DNA of 64,000 nt, from the NCBI GenBank assembly GCA_030390025.1, contig CM059438.1, positions 68,884,001 to 68,948,000 of the forward strand. The letters are read 5' to 3'. The position numbers were made by a program, and so were the translations under genes. Under the pieces are notes generated by a model, which was not told the DNA's origin, did not search any database, and worked only from the letters and a program-made list of their open reading frames with translations. Shown piece after piece: positions 1 through 13,389 of this stretch. The DNA comes from Squalus acanthias. Lineage: Eukaryota. Every line of letters begins with the position of its first letter. Positions within the stretch are counted from its first letter, which is position 1.

Positions 1-442
1 CCACGCAAAAAAAATTAAAATCCTAAATGTGCAAGGGCAAGGCTAACTGACGGCAGACACCGTTAGATGCCCTGCATCAGCAAATTATTGCCCAATCTGT
101 CGCACCACAAGACGAGCTTATCATACTATTTTTTTTGGTTTTTCTCCAAGTGAAGGAAACTGTGCAATGAGGTCAATTTAATAGAATGGGGAGCAGACTC
201 TGCCTGATGTATGAATTAGCTATTACTTGTGTTTTAAGATATTTGACACTCATTTCCAGACATGAAGATGGCTGCAACTGGCCACAAGTGCACGAGTTGA
301 AAAGTAATTGAGGATTTTGCAGAAAAAACATTGATGGAACTGTTTACTGGAAATGACTGCAAAACTAAATTGAATTTAAAGGTGGTGAATTTATTTCAAA
401 TGAAACAAAATGAATTCTCACAGTTGAAAGTGAATTTTCGCA

Positions 443-1660
443 GAACATTTGAACTGGAGTAGACCATTCAGCCCCTCGAGCCTGGTCCGCCATCCAATTA
501 CAGCACGGGTGAGCTGTATCGCAACTCCATTTTACCCGCTTTTGTTGCATCGCCCCTGATACCCATACCTGAAGCAAAAATCTATCGATCTCGGTCTTGA
601 AAATCCGAATTGACCCAGCATCCACAAGCTCTTGGGAGAGTGAGTTCCAGGTTTCCACTACCCTTTGTGTGAAAAAGTGCTTCCTGATTTCACTCCTCAG
701 TAGCCTAACTATAATTTTAAGATTATGCCCTCTCTTGCTAGCTTCCCCGACCAGAAGAAATAGTTTCTCTCTATCTATTCCATCAAATCCCTTCATCATT
801 TTAGATAACATGTTTAGATCACCCCTCAACCTTCTAAACTCAAGGGAATACAAGCCACATTTATGCAAACGGTCCTCATAATTTAAGCCTAGTATCTTTC
901 TAGTGAATCTGCACTGTACCCCCTTCAAGGTCTAAATATCTTTCCTGAGGTTCGTTGCCCAAAACTAAAATCAATACTCCAGAAGGGGTCTGACCAAGGC
1001 TCTGTACAACTGAAGAATCACTTCCTCACTTTTGAATTCAACCTCCTGTAAAGGCCAACATTCTATTGGTGTTTTCGATTACTTTTTGTATCTGTGTCCT
1101 AGCTTTTAGTAATTTGTGTACATGGACATCTAAATCCCTTTGCCCCTCCACAGCTCCAAGTCTCTCACCATTAAGAAAATATTCCAATTTGTTTTTCTCA
1201 GATCAAAAGTGAATGGCCTTACACTTTCCCATATTAAACTGCAGCTGCCACAGTTTTGCCCACTCAGTCTATCTCCCTTTGTAACTTTCTGCTTCCAACT
1301 TACTGTGCTCATAACTTAGCATCAACTGCAAACTTGGATATTCAACTTTCTATTCCTTCATCCAAGTCAGTAATATATATGGTGAAATGTCGAGACCTAG
1401 TACAGATCCCTGGGGAACACTTCTTGTCACATCCCACCAATCAGAGAACCAACCCTTTCTCACTATTCAGTCTCCTACCTCCCACCAATTACCAACCCAT
1501 GTCACAAGGTTACCTACAATTCCATGCGCTTTTATTTGCTCATAATCTCTTGTTCGGAACCTTATCAAATGCCTTCTTTGAAGTCCATAAAGGCAACATC
1601 CATAGGCACTTCTGTACCCACCGTGCTAATGACCTCCTCAAAAAATTCAATCAGTAAAAA
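443..1660 (-). mobile_element. CR1 LINE, degenerate 3' fragment (RT C-terminus + 3' UTR)
   Basis: ORF 365..928(-) has GLYSLEFRRLRGDL and FFTQRVVETWNSL, the same as the CR1 ORF2 C-terminus of the copies at 17.9-19.2 kb and 35.2-37.4 kb. Confidence 0.9.
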
Positions 1661-1829
1661 TTCTCTATATCCTTAAAAGTCTGATTTAAACTACTGTAGT
1701 GATTAATTTCATCCAAATTAACAGATATGAAACATCTGTTGCCAAGAATTAAACAGGTGTTCTAAAATTAAATGGAATGCAGAATTTTTAAATAAAAAAA
1801 ATTAAAATCAAAACAAACACTGCTGGCAT

Positions 1830-2172
1830 GTTCTCAGGATGTGGTCGATGCTGACAAGGTCACATTTATTGCTTATCCCTAGTTGCCCTGAACTGAGTGG
1901 CTTATCAGGCCAGTTCAGAGGGCATTAAGAGTCAACTAACTGGCATGGGTCTAAAATCACCTGTGGGCCATATCAGGGAGGAGCAGCAGGGATCCTTCTT
2001 TGAAGGACATCAGTGAACCAATTGGGGTTTTTAATGACAATCTTGTTTTCACAGTTATTTTTTCTGTTGCCCGCACATAAATTACCAATGGATTTATCAG
2101 TTTTACTTACTGCCAACGTGGGATTTGAATCTCAAATCTTCTCGTCCAGTACTATAACCACTACACTAACCT
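1830..2172 (-). mobile_element. tRNA-derived SINE sharing its 3' tail with the LINE family at 3725-4765
   Basis: The reverse complement has a tRNA-like head (TAGTGTAGTGG...TTCAAATCCC). It ends in GGGCAACTAGGGATAAGCAATAAATG, homologous to the LINE 3' end at ~4696-4760. Confidence 0.75.
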
Positions 2173-3724
2173 ATCCTCAGTACAGTCGGATGTACAATTA
2201 TACATTTGATATTGTACAGCACGATTTCAACCTATAAGTGGTCAGGAAACCCATCTTTGAAAGATCTATATTCATAATCTCCTCACAGTTCTACGCAGAA
2301 TTTGCCACCTGACTCGTCTGCAACACCAGGACCACATCTCACAAGAATTTAACAGGAAAATATTACAAACTCTGAAATTTGATCTTTCAGATAAAGGGGG
2401 AAAAATACTGCAGTGCTCATCCGTGCTGCCAGTGAATCTATGGTTAATTACTAAAACATATATAATCCATTAAAACATTGCAATTGGAGTCAGTGCAAAC
2501 ATCAATAATTTTACGATGAACCTTTGGGACTCAATAAATTATTCATAAAATTAACCTCACTATGATAGACCAACTGCTCGACCCATCAATGACTATTAAA
2601 TCGTTAGATATTTCATTGATCTTTTTGTTAGGAAATTTACAGTCTCCATATTAAAAGGTTTCTACCTCAAGATTGTTAATCTCATTCACAGTTATACTAT
2701 TAATGCCTAATGGCTTTAAGAGAAGTCTGTTTATAATTCACCGTTATGGATACATTTCAAGCCGTTTTAGTATCTGTATTAAACTGTGTTGACAACAGGC
2801 TTGCAGACAACGTAAGCCATAATTGCACAGCTCAAAATGGGGAATGTAAGCTCTCCACCCACCCAGGTCCTGAAAAATGCCACATTTTAAACAGTCAGCT
2901 ATTTACAGATTCATTTGAGAGCGACTGACGTTTCTCTTGAAGACTTTTGCACCTTGTTCTTGTTCTAACACTTTATACATGAAATTTTATTGTGCACTAA
3001 TGCAGGATGAAGAACATAATAACTAACTCGGCAATATAAGCAGAACATTAAGCATTCAAATAATACATTTAGATGGTCAATACAAGCGTTTGAGAAATTC
3101 ATTTCTGAGGTAATTTTGATTGTTGACCTCTATATAAGGATCAAATGTGTCCACGTGCCTCTTGCCTACAGATTTGAGACTTAAAATCTTCAGGTTCATG
3201 TACATTCATCTGGGAAAATATTCATCTATCACAGTTGAGAACCAAGGGATATGTTGTAATTCAGGCTGCAAACCAGGTAAAACAAGGTGATGCATGCAAA
3301 TGGGATAATTTAGGAGAAGATTAAAATTGGATGACTAAATTGATTCAACATCCCTTGTGTAATGTTGACTTGAGGAACTGGCTGATTCTTGTATCCTCTC
3401 TCCCGGCAGTTTACTCAACTGATGTCATAGGCTGCAGGTCAAAAGCAGCTCCAGGGGGGAATCCAATTACAGTTGTGACGTTCACAATTGAAACATGAGC
3501 TATTAATTTAACTATGAAACAGTAGCATTGCCTGAACATTGCACACACATCTGAATAGGTAAAGCATATTGCCTGTTTGCCTGTATTTTTTTTAAATAAA
3601 TGAAGAATAACACATAGAAATACTTTCTTGCATTCCCTAAATGTTGTCCAGGCCTATTTATTCTTTCCAAATGACAGGTCCAGTTGAAGCTTGTAGTGCT
3701 GAACCACAAGCTGTGTTCTAAATT

Positions 3725-4765
3725 GTGGTGGTTGAAGGTCAATCATCACAGCCCCAGGACATCGCTGCAGGAGTTCCTCAGGGCAGTGTCCTAGGCCCAA
3801 CCATCTTCAGCTGCTTCATCAATGGCCTTCCCTCCAATATAAGGTCAGAAATGGGGATGTTCGCTGATGACTGCACAGTGTTCAGCGCCATTCGCAACTC
3901 CTCAGATAATGAAGCAGTCCATGCCCGCATGCAACAAGACCTGGACGATGTTCAGGCTTGGGCTGATAAGTGGCAGGTAACATTCGCGCCACAAAAGTGC
4001 CAGGCAATGACTATCTCCAACAAGTGAGATTCTAACCACCTCCCCTTGACATTCAATGGCATTAGCATGGCCGAATCCCCCACTATCAACATCCTGGGGA
4101 GTCACCATTGACCAGAAACTTAACTGGAGCAGCCACATAAATACTGTGGCAACAAGAGCAGGTCAGAGGCTGGGTATTCTGCGGCGAGTGTCTCACCTCC
4201 TGACTCCCCAAAGCCTTTCTACCATCTACAAGGCACAAGTCAGGAGTGTGATGGAATACTCTCCACTTGCCTGGATGAGTGCAGCTCCAACAACACTCAA
4301 GAAGCTCGACACCATCCAGGACAAAGCAGCCCGCTTGATTGGCACCCCATCCACCACCTTAAACATTCACTCCCTCCACCACCAGCGTACTGTGGCTGTA
4401 GTGTGTGCCATCTACAAGATGCACTGCAGCAACTCGCCAAGGCTTTTTCAGCAGCACCTCCCAAACCCGCAACCTCTTCCACCTAGAAGGACAAGGGCAG
4501 CAGGTGCATGGGAACACCCCCACCTCCAAGTTCCCCTCCAAGTCACACAATGCATCCTGACTTGGAAGTATATCGCCGATCCTTCATCGTTGCTGGGTCA
4601 AAATCCTGGAATTCCCTCCCTAACAGCACTGTGGGAGTACCATCACCACACGGACTGCAGGGGTTCAAGAAGGCGGCTCACCACCACCTTCTCAAGGGCA
4701 ATTAGGGATGGCAATAAATGCTGGCCTTGCCAGTGACACCTTGATCCCATAAACGAATAAAAATA
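3725..4765 (+). mobile_element. 5'-truncated CR1-group LINE (Zenon-like), RT fragment
   Basis: Motifs GVPQGSVLGP, MFADD and YKAQVRSVMEY are present, with frameshifts and an A-rich tail. Sister copies lie at 47277 and 50828. Confidence 0.9.
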
Positions 4766-5505
4766 ACAATTTTTAAAAAATTCACTCAACATAAGGGGCC
4801 GATTGTGAGTGTACGGATTTTGAAAAGGTGTGATGAGACTAGCACCCACCCAAGATGTAAGGCACTGAACTCGGCTAAGTTTTTGGGTTTGGTTTCATTG
4901 ATTAGGTACGCTGCAGGTGTAAGTGGTGCCTGGGATTGACCACGTGCCCATTAAAGGGTGGGAAGTGGTGCATCGCTGCAGGTCTTGCTGCTCTGCAGCA
5001 GCTTAAAGGGTCAATCTGCGGGGTTTTTTTTCAGGCCAAAACCACTGTCAGTAACTTAGCTAATATGATGGATTGTTGCAGACATTGGATAGTGTGTCCA
5101 GGAGCCTTCAGCATATGTTGGGTCGTGTGGAGGATTCCATTACTCATGTGTGGATGCACGGGATTAAAATTCTGCAGTCAACCATGTACCACACGATCAT
5201 TCTAGGCACTTCTGAAGCAGAACCCCACCTGATAGAGCCTGCAATACCAGTAATAGGATCTCCCAGGAATGTTCCTCCTGTTGGCATACTGTTCCCAGAC
5301 TCTACTGTCTTCTGCTCCTCTTCCTCCTTGGACAGACTAGGGATTCAGGCAACTCAGTGTCTCCTTGAGTCTGTTCGCCCACAGATCAGTACATCTTTAG
5401 AGATAGAAAGGCCAGTAAAAGGGGCAGGTGACCAGATAAAAACAAAAAATACTGGAAATACTCAGCAGGTCAGGCAGCATCTGTAGAGAGAGAAGCAAAG
5501 TTAAT

Positions 5506-7142
5506 GGCCCAGAAATTAAACACTGAGGGGGAAAAATTCAGTCGCGCCCCATTTGGGGCGCAAATATCGTCCGGGCGCAAAAATTAGCGCCTGGCGCTAA
5601 TTATCGCCACTGACTGGAAACTTCACTTTTAACGCCCCTGGAGGTGATTGGAACGCTAAATCAGGTGCTGCACACCTGTCTTAAGGCGCAAAGGGCGAGG
5701 AGTGAGGCGCTAACTCAGAGCGCTGGCGAAGCTCATGTAATGTCAGTTAGCAATGGAACACACACACAATGGCATGGGCCAGTTCTTAAAGGGGATGGTT
5801 AATCTTGCTTTCCATCCACATCCTACTCATTGCAGCCTTGAATCTCGGCCTGGAGAGACTTGCACATCAAATGTGCTGGAAAGAACAATGGAGAGTACCA
5901 GGCAAAGAGCTCAGAGTGCAGCCCCCACAGTCTCTGCTAAATCAATACAAGGAATGGAAAATCAAAATGAACCTGCAAAGTGCTGCTCAGTACCCAAAAC
6001 TCCTTCACACAACGTTAAATCTCTCCAGAAGTCTCTCCCTCTCTCTCTCAGAATGCGTAGTTCAAAAATGGCACCAACAATAAAAGGCAGGAAGCGGTCA
6101 CCTTTAAATAGCGCTTCCCCTTTCCCTTCATGACTGCAGAACGCTCCCCTCAACCTGTCGTTGCTAGCGTCAGGCGGTAAGGCAGGGGGCGTCACTCAAT
6201 ATCCGCTCCGGGGCGATACCGGGGCGTTGCACACTCGAGTGACGTCATGATCTGCCGGCGCAGGAGATCGTGGTGGTAGTGTTTAGCGCCGCCGCAAAAT
6301 GTCTAGTTAATTTCTCGAGCGGCGCAAACTTCGCCGCGCCCGGGCGCTAGCTGCTTTGCGCCCCATTAGTGCCCTCTTAAGGCGCTAACGGGAGGCGCAA
6401 CCAACTGAATTTTTCCCCCTGAGTCTTCACGCAGGGGTAAGGCTTCCCTGCGATATCTCACTCCGCGCCTACCTTTTTCCTCCGGGCCCACACGAACTTT
6501 AGTTTCAAGGCTGCAGCTGTGCAGTGCTTGCGTGACCCAGAGACGCAATTAGTTTGTGCGAGCTCTGAGATCACGTGATTCAGTTAGAGCCAATGGCAGC
6601 ACACCATCTTTCATTCATAGTTTTCACAGCAAGAGCTGTCAAAGCTATGAATACTATACCCCCCCAAAAGAACAGCTAAACCTCAATTAAATTTAAAAAA
6701 AAGCCATCACATTAATAAAATAAGTATAGTTAAATAAATTAACCACTTTAAACAAAAAATTAAATTTTTGAAAAAATTTTAAATCTTTTTAAAAGTTATA
6801 AAAATAAACTTACCTTTCTTTAAAGTCTCTAAAAAAGATAAACCTGTTGAAAATTTTTTTAAATAATACTTAATTAACTTACCTTGTTAAAAGAGGGTCT
6901 TACGCCTCCTTTCTTTATGTGTAAAATCTTCCATGCTTACCTGCGCGTTCAAAGCACTAAGTGCACTGCGTGCGCACAGCCTGTAGCGCGCACGCGGTTC
7001 ACCTAGGAACCGCCCCCATTTGAATTCACGAAGTGCCGGTTTCCCGCGTATGCGCAGTGCATGCTGGAAACCGGCAATTGGAGACCTAAAACGCGAGAGT
7101 ACACAGTGTGTACTCTCGCGTATTAGGTCTAATTTTCGGGCC
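5506..7142 (-). mobile_element. TIR MITE 'family A' copy, interrupted by a Harbinger derivative
   Basis: TIR GGCCCAGAAATTA / TAATTTTCGGGCC. Segment 6700-7100 is the reverse complement of the interiors at 14636-15394 and 58698-59457. Confidence 0.85.
5527..6419. mobile_element. Non-autonomous Harbinger deletion derivative (~0.9 kb)
   Basis: Perfect 16-bp TIR GGGGGAAAAATTCAGT and TGA TSD (5524-26 / 6420-22). Both halves match the two ends of the element at 20744-24976. Confidence 0.95.
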
Positions 7143-7299
7143 ATAGTTTCAGGCTGATGACCTTTCATCAGAACTGTGTGCTGTTTCCCTGTTTTTATTT
7201 CAGATTTCCAGCAACCACAATATTTTGCTTTTGTGCAGGTGTCTAGATGTCATGTTGTGAAGGGCTCAACCCTTGTTGGGGGGAGTCTGCATCTGGCAA

Positions 7300-8090
7300 C
7301 TGTTCCCCAGCAGATGACGGCCCTCCTCTCCTGGCAGTCCCATGTGTGTATTCAATACTGCACAATGCTGCAGTTTGCAGCAAACCAAGATGATGCATTA
7401 CATTATGGCTGAGCTTTATTAGAGGAAGCCCTCAGGCCTGTTAAGTCATGGAATTGTTAGTTCAACATTGACTCTCCTAGAAACATGGACCTCATGAAAT
7501 CTGCGTTGAGCAGATTGTGTAGATGACACACGGGTGTCACAAGCCAAGCCTGCAGTGGGTAGCTTTGCACATGTCCTGATCAGAGGAATAATAGAGTGGT
7601 CTAAGATATAGGCATCATGGCAATTGTGTGATCCTGTGCAGATAGCCAGAGTAAATGGACATTCGTGGAGTGAAAGCCCCTGAGAGTCTGGAGGCTTGTT
7701 GGCAGGAGCACACAGGGTAATACGTGTGCAATTTTTGATTTGGGACTTTGGAAGCAAAATTCAGGATCTTCTCTTGCTGTTTTAGCTGGCTATGGAGAGA
7801 GTGACGAACACGCCAGTAAACTGCTTGATACTTGGGTGGACCGCAGATTGGCTGATATTACATAATGCCCAAGCTTTCTGGGCATCAGTACAAACTGGCA
7901 GAAAGGATGCAAAAACATATCGGCAACTCGATACTGTCACTTCCTGTTCAGTTGATTCGGCTCTTGATTGTTTCAGAGGAGAGCTTCCAGCACCCATTTC
8001 AGACTGAGAAATCGAAGGGAGCACATAATGAACGGAACTGTTCTCTGCCCCATTTATCACTACATTACACCCATTTCTGGGATGCAAAGA
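7300..8090 (-). pseudogene. Ancient Harbinger transposase remnant (element may extend ~4795-8200)
   Basis: Ordered decayed motifs: EVTV..LCNISQSAVH, NCTRITLCAP (~DCTHVALRAP), CHDAYIL, RFHEVHVSRRVNVELTI and CIILVCCKLQH. They are collinear with the intact transposase at 21257. Confidence 0.75.
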
Positions 8091-10765
8091 GAGACGGAAA
8101 ATGGCCCAAGACCTCTGAAGCTGGTTTCATATAATGAATAGAAATCCTACTTTGCTGCTACCAATTTTTCACAGTAGAACTCTGTTCCTGTAAAAGTCTG
8201 CACTGCTGGGCTACAAGCTGCATTTTGTATTGACTGCACACAAGAATTCCATAGCTGATAGATTTTGAATTGACCATTTAGCACAGCAGTACGTAAATCC
8301 TATATCTCTGGTACCAACTGTCGACAAGAGAACCCTGCTGATATCCTACCTCACTTATTGTAGCCTACAAATGTTTACAACAAAATGTGATCCTACATTA
8401 TGATGACACGAAATGATGCTCAAATCAGTTGGGCTGTTGGTAAGTGGGGCAGTCAAACTCAGCATTTTATTTTGCAATTGGACTTCCATTATTCACAATG
8501 CCAACTCAAATTAATTATTTTGACAAAAACCCCTTGTGCTCCAGGCTCAATGGAACCCCCCACTCGAGTAACTCTTTTATGTTACTGCTGTAATGCTGAA
8601 AAGAAAATGTTGTTTTTACAAAGCTGTATCAGCATGATGTTCAGGGCCCTCTGGTGCAGGCTTTTGGCCTAGTCCCAGGAGGCTTGAGCCATCTGTCTTG
8701 CTTGACTTTCCTGTGAAACAACAATAATGCAACCTTCTGAATGTAGCAGACTGTCTAGGCAGCACCTTTTGTTGTGCTTTCAAAGAAACTTTTAAAATCT
8801 TGGGAAAAATTGCAGGTATAATGGAGGAACATTTCAATCATTCAACTGTGGAGTGTAGAAAAATTAATTGAACTGTGAAGTTTTAGGAAATCTGACTTCA
8901 CTGACTGGAACGGGGAGGTCCTGATTTCTCAAGTTTCAGTAACAAGCAAACAAAATTTTGCATAAAGTGGAGGGTGGTGCACAAACTTCCACCAGATCCA
9001 AAAATCACAATAGTACGTCTCCAAATGCATCGAGTTCAAGCCGACTGCTACGCGGACTTGCAAGGAAGTCTGGAAGAAGTTTTGTGATGTGCAAGGCAGC
9101 ACCAAAGTAAGGCAAGAATATTACCCTCCTTTAACATGGAAATTAAAGACTTGAGTGGAAAATGCACTTAATCATCAATTGCTAAAGATATCAATGAGGA
9201 AAGAAAAGTACTCTCACAGGTGATCACCCTAATTGTTCAATGAGGATCTTGATTTGCACATGTGTCTTGTTCTAGCCAATCTCTGTTGGGGTATAGGGGT
9301 ATGAGAAGTGATGGTTGTATCCTATCCAGGCTCCTATCCAGCTATCTTTAGCCTTGAATCAATCCATTCCTTGCTCCCACAATGGCGTTAGGCCCAAGTT
9401 TCTCTTCAACGATCTTTAGCAAGTTTTCAACAAACTATTTTTTTTAGTGTGGTGGGATTAATTTATAAACACACATCTGCTAGGAAAGTACAATTGCACA
9501 GGGCCCCGAGCCAGTCATGGACCCCAAGCGGATTCAGTGATACGTTTGTCCAGTGAAATGCAGGGCCCACAAACCGAACCATTGCATGGTGCCCCGCAAG
9601 GCAAATGTCGCTCCTATATCTTAGCATGGGATGAAGACTCAAACTGGCAGAGCAAGTCTGTTACCATTTCCGACTGCTATTGCTCGATTCTTTATTCATA
9701 TCTACATTTTTAGTTCAACTTAAGGCACAGCGGAAAAGTGGCCCTTCACGATTTTGACTGTGTCCTTTTTATTCGACAAAAATACGTTGGTTGACTCATT
9801 AAAATCATGAGTGCGAAAGCCAATGATAATACAGGAGAGAGAAATAACATTAAACTAATATAAATGAATAGGGAAGAAGGAGATCAAGGAGAATGAGGAT
9901 TAAACTGGAGAAAAATACAGCAGTCGACAAGATACTGATAACTGTCAACTACTGAGGCAGCAGTAGTGGGTTTTGGACGTGAATGTCAGTGTAAAAAAAA
10001 AGCTGTCAATGTCCGCTGTAAAGCCCACAAGTAGCATAATGGGTTCTTTTAATTTTCTTATTCGTATGCCATACTGCAGTTGTAGGATGATGCATAGAAA
10101 TCAACAGTTCTTAGGTCATTCCAATTCTCTTAAGAGGTTAACTGGTGGATAGGATTTACATTGCACTAGAGAATGACCTTTAACCCATTCAGTTAGTGGG
10201 ACATCACTATTTATTAATATAAATCTTAGATAATTTACTGTTCAGGATCTTCTGAAATGCAGCGCAAAGCTACTTATGCAACATTACTCTAGCTGTGTGA
10301 CTGAACACAGTATGACTTATCAATGTTTATGCCATCATCAAGATAGCACCATTGAGTGAACTATGTGTTAAGGTAGGGCACTTTAGGACACAGTTTAGCC
10401 AATTAAACATTTATTAACTGATTTTGATGGCTGTGGTGTGGGGAGTAAGACAATGTTCCTATGTTTTGCTATGCTGTTTATTGTTGAATTATATTAACAT
10501 GTAGGAAACAAAATCCTGATAACAGGACTAACCCTGGTCGAATGAAATTGTCAAATATTCAAAAAAACCCTCTCCAGTCTCTTCTTTTCCTTCACCTTCC
10601 TGTAATTTTCCCCATTGACCATGAGCTTGTATTCTCCTTGCTGCATTCCCGATGAGCGCCAGTTCTAATTATGTGCTCAGTGATTGCCTCTTATTTTTCT
10701 TTATCTTGATGGAATGTGGAAATGTTCAAACTAAGACTGAACGTGAATAAATTTAAAAAGACAAT

Positions 10766-12523
10766 GGCCGGAATTTTCCAGGGTGGTAGTGGGCACGATC
10801 AGTGGCGGGCCGGGTGGGAAAGTTGTTATTTTCGGGAGTGGGTTGGGAACCCACTGTCATCTCGCCCCTACACGACTTTCCCCCAGGCGTGTCTGTCATC
10901 GCGAACTGACCAATTGAGATGATTATCAGGTAGTTTAAAGGCACTTAAGAGTCTTTCCCCCCAACATTTTAAATTTCCCTGCATGGCCACGGGATTCACA
11001 CAGGTCGTGAACCACGTCTGTCAACCTGAGGCGGGAGTTCAGTGGCCATTGCTCCAGCTGATTACTGGACAGCATCAAATGTACAGTGAAAGCTCCCACC
11101 TGACAGATGATTACTTTCCTCAGGCAGAAGCTGTTGCTGAGTTCATTTCCAGCACAGATTCTGCAGGCTGCAAGTGTTTCCAGCAAAGTCTCCATCCAGT
11201 GGCACTCATTGGAAGAACTCTCTCACCATTGACAGAATGCTTCTGTCATCTGTACTTCACCTGCCAGCTATTCCATCAACATGGGTGCCATTTATACTGT
11301 CTCACCTTGGTCCTCAGAATTGGACCACGATGAGCCCCAACACCTGCAGCACCAGGCACACCAGCAGCACCAACAACAACACCAACCTTCTCCCCAATTA
11401 CCTGATGCTGCACAGGACACAGGGCATCTGCACCCGAGCACATTGCTGCCCGGGAGGCCAGGGATGTCCTCATCATGGACTGATTTACTTCACTTTACGC
11501 TGTACACCCTGGCTGCCACATGATGCGCCAGGTTGTCACCACCCCACACCAACACCATAAAGCATTCCTACAATGCCCAAGCCATTCCTTTCACACTCAT
11601 CACCATTGCGGGGACCGTTATGTCTCACCATTCACTGCAACTCAATAAGACACTTCCAAAGGTGGAGACAAATCTGTCCAAGAACGGAAAGTGTTGAAAA
11701 TAAAGTTTTTAAGTTAGACACCACCTTAACAGAAACTTTACATAAATATTGGATAAAACACCCAAGTGGCTACCCTTGTGTGTTGTTAGTTGGTATGATT
11801 GAACTAGGATGAGGGTGAGTGTGAGGGGTGGTTAGTGAGATGGGGATGTGATAATGTAGATAGAGAGAGAGGGATGGGTGGAGGTGCAAGGTATGTTGGT
11901 GTGAGTAAGGATGCGCAGGAGTAGGGTAGGGAAGACAGAGCGATGGGGATGTGATGAGAGGCACAGCAGGATGAGGTTGAGTGTGGCTTTGTACTAACGT
12001 TTCCTGATCTAATGAGATCATTGAAACGTTTGTGGCACTGCACCCAGGTCCTCCTGACCACATCCCTGCTTGTGACCTCCTCTGCAATCTGCAACCAGGC
12101 TGTCTTGGTCTCCTGGGGAGGTCTCTTCCGTCCATCGGAACGGAAGAGGACCTCCCTACGTGCTCTGATTCCCTCCATAAGCATACAGAGGGAGTCATCA
12201 GGGAACCTGGTTGGAGCCCTCTGCCTCTGTGCAGTCATTGTCAGTGTTTGCAACACTCCAATGCTGTATTGCACCGACAGCACTATGTTAGATTGAACTT
12301 CAAATGTAATGTGGCCATGGTCCCTTTAAAGATCCTGGCTGAAAACACGTCATGAATGACGTCACCAGACTCGCTCCATCTCATTGGGCCGTATAACACG
12401 CTGGGCGGGCTTAATAGGCCCCATTAAGGTAAGTTCAACAGCGGGATGGAGCCAGCAGCGGGGTCGCAACCCGACATGGCCACCGCCTGCACCAGACCCA
12501 TCGAGGTAGGCAAAACTTCAGCC
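10766..12523. mobile_element. Internally deleted Harbinger of a second family
   Basis: Imperfect TIR GGCCGGAATTTT / AAAACTTCAGCC and AAT TSD (10763-65 / 12524-26). It carries a Myb/SANT exon on the minus strand. Confidence 0.8.
11999..12238 (-). pseudogene. Harbinger Myb/SANT-like exon 1 (second family)
   Basis: MTAQRQRAPTRF..AWLQIAEEVTS..RTWVQCHKRFNDL is followed by a GTTAGT donor after 80 codons. This is essentially the same intron position as in the 24617 gene. No downstream exons were found. Confidence 0.8.
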
Positions 12524-12569
12524 AATGTGACAGTCGATCGAACCTGTGTTATTCATTCTTTAGTATCTA

Positions 12570-13000
12570 CCAGCCTTGGTTCAGTGGTAGCATTCGCATT
12601 TCTGAGTCAGAGGTTATGGTTATATGTCCCACTCCAGAGCCTTGAGTACGTAATCGAGGCTGAGAGGGAGTGCTGCACTGTCGGAGGTGCCATCTTTCGG
12701 ATGAGGTGTTAAACCGAGGCCCTGTCTGCTCTCTCAGGTGGACATAAAAGATTCCATGACACTATTTCGAAGAAGAGCAGGGGTGTTATCCTGGGTGTCC
12801 TGGCCAATATTTATCCCTCAACCAACATCCCTAAAAGAGATTCTCTGGTCATTATGTCATTCCTGTTCGTAAGACCTTGCTGTATGCAAAGGGGCTGCCG
12901 TGCTTCCGACATTACAACAGTGACTACACTTCCATTGGCTGCAATGGGCTTTGGGATCTTGGAAGGTCATGAAAGGCGCTATGTAAATGCAAGTTTCTTT
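12570..13000 (+). mobile_element. DeuSINE (SacSINE1/AmnSINE1-like)
   Basis: tRNA-like head, Deu core CACTATTTCGAAGAAGAGCAGGGG..GTCCTGGCCAATATTTATCCC, and tail GAAAGGCGCTATGTAAATGCAAG plus (TTTC)n. Confidence 0.8.
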
Positions 13001-13389
13001 TTTCTTTCTTATTTTCTTATTCGCTTTCTCTTTCCTTCGTTCTTTTTCTTTTTCTTTTCTTTCAAGGTGGGCAGGTGCCTTGTATTTGGAGACTTGGAAA
13101 AGCGTCAGCCATTTTGTCAGCAGTGGCTGACCTAGTCAATTAGAAGCATCTCAGTGGACTTGGTGCCATCGTTGTATGCAGTTGCAGCAGCATCCTCCTG
13201 GAGACCGTTCGCCTCCTTATTCTCAGCATCCAATTACTCACAATGTGATTGTTCATTTCTATATTGGGATCCCACTTGAAAAATATCAAAGGTGCCCACT
13301 TCAGAAAATTAATTGAAAGGCATATTTGGCCCTTTGTTGTAATGTATTCATTGATTGCATTGTGCGAATTTGAATGAAACAGTCACAGT

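Larger units (their letters stand above)
5438..7234 (-). mobile_element. Penelope-like terminal fragment, split by a MITE (pieces 5438-5505 and ~7144-7234)
   Basis: The minus strand has a hammerhead-like core CTGATGA-AAGGTCATCAGCCT-GAAAC (7146-7171). The flanks carry a 14-bp near-duplication, GCAGGTGACCAGAT (5424-5437) / GCAGGTGTCTAGAT (7235-7248). Confidence 0.65.

Noticed and set aside
12570..12650. tRNA genes at SINE heads
   Set aside because: The A/B boxes are degenerate, no full cloverleaf forms, and the heads run into SINE bodies.
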